Source of the DNA: Trichoplax sp. H2
Lineage: Eukaryota
Assembly (NCBI GenBank): GCA_003344405.1
Contig: NOWV01000102.1
Coordinates: 1 to 64,000, forward strand
Direction: 5' to 3'
DNA: 64,000 nt
Positions 60,441 to 64,000 of this stretch are shown here, in pieces. The notes below the pieces were generated by a model, which saw nothing but the letters and a program-made list of their open reading frames with translations, had not been told where the DNA came from and ran no database searches. The position numbers and the translations under genes were made by a program. Positions within the stretch are counted from its first letter, which is position 1, and the number at the start of each line of letters is the position of its first letter.

Positions 60441-63400
60441 CTAGTGGAAAGTAGATAATAAATTAGTGGTTTAGGAGATAACATCGCTGTTCAGCATTTG
60501 AATATATTTCGCAGTTAAGCAATCAGATTAGCTAATCTTCAGATAATAGTTACATATAAGATGCGACTAAAGTCCGAAATGCAGTCATTACCGCCCCCCC
60601 CCCAGTACGTATATAGCGATTTAATACACAAAGAGTCGTCTAGTACTTGTATTATGCATAATAGCCAATTTGGCACTTATCGCAGATTACTAAATGTTTA
60701 GATTTATCAAGCTAATTGTATTAATAGCGATTTTATAGATCAGACTCAAGAGATGCTTGTCTCATCATGAAGTATATTATCAAAAGGAAAGATTAAGGAT
60801 GTCTTATATACTCTATGTCAGTTGTCGGCATTTGTAAATACACCCCTATTCATATAATTTACATAATATATCAGCATGAAAGATACTGAAATAGGAAAAT
60901 AATAGGATACGCCTAGAAATATTAATGAGCTCGCATTGTGTGTAGACAAAATTTCAAATTTTATGGCATCATGAATTATTTACATTAAAAGAACGATCAT
61001 TGCTCGAATAATTGATGATGTAGATATTAGTGCGGAATATGAATTTGTAAGTACACTAGTATAGTAATTATCAGCTTAGTAGCTCACTGGAAATATTTTA
61101 TTTTCCGAAGTATTGACTTGGATTATCTAGAGTAGGTGTCCAGTTCAATTAACATCTTAATGCTATTTAATAGGATGCTTAAACTGCTCTAGCTGCTAAA
61201 AATATTAACACAAGTGCCATAATGCACATATCAATCTAAGTATGTACGTATGGGAATTACAATCTTGACCAAAATTTATTATAAGACAGGTGATAGATAT
61301 ATCATCACGACAACTACAAAAAGGTTTTCATTAATCATGTAGTAATTGTTAATTATTTAAAGTAAAAAAACTTAGCAAAAGAGCAGTGGTACCATCATAA
61401 CGAAGCTGATACTCAAGTGATGTTTTTACAATCAAAGTTATGTCCAGAAGCTATATGACTAGAAAAATATATAATAGACAATTCAAACAAAATAGGGACA
61501 ATAACCTCGCAATTGCAATTGACGCTAAAAATATTTTCTATTATAGCAATTAATGTTGAATATTTATATAATAACTTAGATGCATGATATACAATCCTGC
61601 TACGTAGAGATAGCCTCAAGCTTTCAGTTTTCAAAGTTATGTCATACAAGCAATTACCAAAATGATCTAGATTGTTTTAAGTTAAAACGCTAAGAACTAA
61701 TTTCTATATTATGAGACACTCTTGTAAATGAAGATTATAGACGCTATTAGTTTTCGGTTCTACAATGTAGATTTAACTATGTAAGACTTCCTAGGAAAGC
61801 ATTGCTGCTCTTGTCTCATTTATGGTATCACAAATCAGAATACTTTGTGACTGCCTAGAATCTTTGAATGCGAATCAGTTTTTTAAAGAAATTTGTTAAA
61901 GCAAGGTCAAAAAGTATTAGATTTAGAATATCTTCACTTACGATCACCATGCACAGCTAGCGCCAAAGTATAACTTAAGGATACAAGAAATAGATTAATC
62001 AGCATTTGACGAATGAAATTCATGCTTTTAATTCGATAACGTGCTACTGATCTTTCCAAAAAATTTATGAACTAAAATCACGATGCATAAATTTATAAAT
62101 GCCCAAACAGCACGTGGCATTTAAGTACACATAGGATGAGCTACATGTAGATACATAAGAAAAGTTACATAAAGTTACATGCTATTGTATTTCATTTGAG
62201 CTACATTTAGGGATTGTAAAATAAGGCCGCATACAACTTTCTCGTAATTTTTGACACCTAATAATTGTTTTAGTAAGTATCAGGTGACCACTTGTATTGA
62301 TTATGACTATATTATTATTTCTTCAAATTATGCAGCCGCAGGTAAGTAGGCTCATCATGCCTTGCTATATTCACATCGTTAATTGATGTTAATTATTATT
62401 CAATTAATAATAATATTATCAATGCACACGTAAAAGATTAACCAAAGCTATCGAACTCTTTTTGACTGGAAATGGACTTCAAATGACACTTTAATGAGTG
62501 AGGTTTTGGGTCGTCAATGAGTTATAAAATGCATCTCTTTAATGCTCGTCTAATTTTGACTTTTCTTTTCAACAATAGTGTATTTTACAGACAAATATCG
62601 TGCTATCATATTTTTACACAGTATATTAAGTAGAATTGTATAAGACAGATTATAAATATACATATGTTCGCAGTTAAATAACTATAGTAACGATCATCCC
62701 ACCTACTTTTTATGATTACAGTAATAGAATGTGTAACTTTAACGCTGATTATATAAAGGATGCAAAATTTTAATCCTAACTCCTGTTTAAATTACTTCAA
62801 GATTTTTTAATACGATACCAAATAATAAATTATGTGTAACGTAGGTTAACCATTTGATCATTTAAATTGATAGTAATTTTTTCGCTCCGTAAATTTCAGA
62901 ATTTACGTCGTCACTTGATTATACAATCGGATGATTTCAGTAACTACCTAATATGATGAGAATGCCAAAGCAGTTTATTTAAACACTGATGAGCATTTTA
63001 CTTTTCTGATCGGAAATGGGTTCTCTTAAGTTTCAAGTTTCTAAAGGTTGCAAATTTAATAAGTTGCTAAATTTAATTTTACCCTTAAATCAGGGCATTC
63101 TAATAACAATTTAATGTATTTACGATTAGAATAGCAAGTATACACTTAACATGAATCAGCTTATAACTTTTCTAATTTGGTAATCATTACCCATTAGTAC
63201 TTTAAATCTTGGACATTTATGAATTACTTAATAGTCGAAGATCTTTTATCTCTGATTATTATGGCTTTTATTATAAAATTTACAATAATTGCATAATTCT
63301 ATTTTATTCACTGTGATACTATTCCATCTTCAGTATCTGCGATAGAAGAAAATTATTATGACCGTTAACACAGTTGATACGAACAAGCCCTAGATTTCGC

Positions 63401-64000
63401 TACAACTCAATTATAATCGCAAGGACTCATGTGCTTATATACCGTAATTTATCATAATTTGTAGCAACGTGAAGTGAGTATACTTCAAATCCTAATAATT
63501 ACTGATAATTTTTTTACTGTTATGCGTGAGTTTTAACCTTTGTACTGTCGAGAAATAAAGAATTATCTGCTGATCAAATAATAGCACTAATTGCTAAACA
63601 CATAGAATCATGTAGGCGCAACGAATTTTTATCGTTGAAAATTGATAGAGAATGGCCCATAGAATTTATTACCTTGCTAATATTAACCTTTACCGTGAGG
63701 CATTAACATAATTCTAGCTTGTGCAAGACAGGTCATGACTTCAATCTCTTTTACTAGATATTTGCCAACCATTAAGAGGTCAATATTGTCGGTAACGAGT
63801 ATACTGTTAATGGAAGTAGTCTGTAAATAATTATATTGATTTCGATCGTAGTCGCTGTTACTTTGGAATTATTAGGCTATTACATTTTAAAGGCATGTCG
63901 TAAGAATTTAAGAAAGATAGTGTATGCATATTTTATTGTTCAGATCCAATTAAATAGAACGTATAAAGACAATTTTCTCGTTAAAATATATTCAAATGAA

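Overview
AT-rich, intron-containing eukaryotic DNA with compact genes, short introns and one 20-N gap. Gene content points to an early-branching animal; the style is placozoan/Trichoplax-like, but that is inference. I assembled the genes by hand from GT-AG splice sites. (1) A ZNF143/Staf-family C2H2 factor (+, 3992-7188) with 9 fingers instead of 7; the two extra fingers closely resemble MTF-1 fingers 3-4. (2) One minus-strand gene (8460-14314) encoding four tandem GAPR-1/GLIPR2-type CAP domains joined by Lys-rich mini-exon linkers. (3) A kinesin-8/KIF18 (-, 27122-31785). (4) A NAGPA/uncovering-enzyme-like gene (+, 34452-42438) with two catalytic domains produced by an in-exon duplication and no cytoplasmic tail. 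(5) A cluster of three alpha-carbonic anhydrases with GPI-like tails: one intact on +, one multiply disabled pseudogene on -, and one on - whose first exon lies just beyond the window. Non-coding features include GTAC-rich pentamer satellites, several degenerate 100-200 bp tandem arrays, a near-identical duplication across the gap that differs by a ~430 bp insertion of a dispersed hairpin-ended repeat, and an ectopic copy of a kinesin exon fragment. The most interesting observation is the 9-finger protein that appears to bridge MTF-1 and ZNF143.
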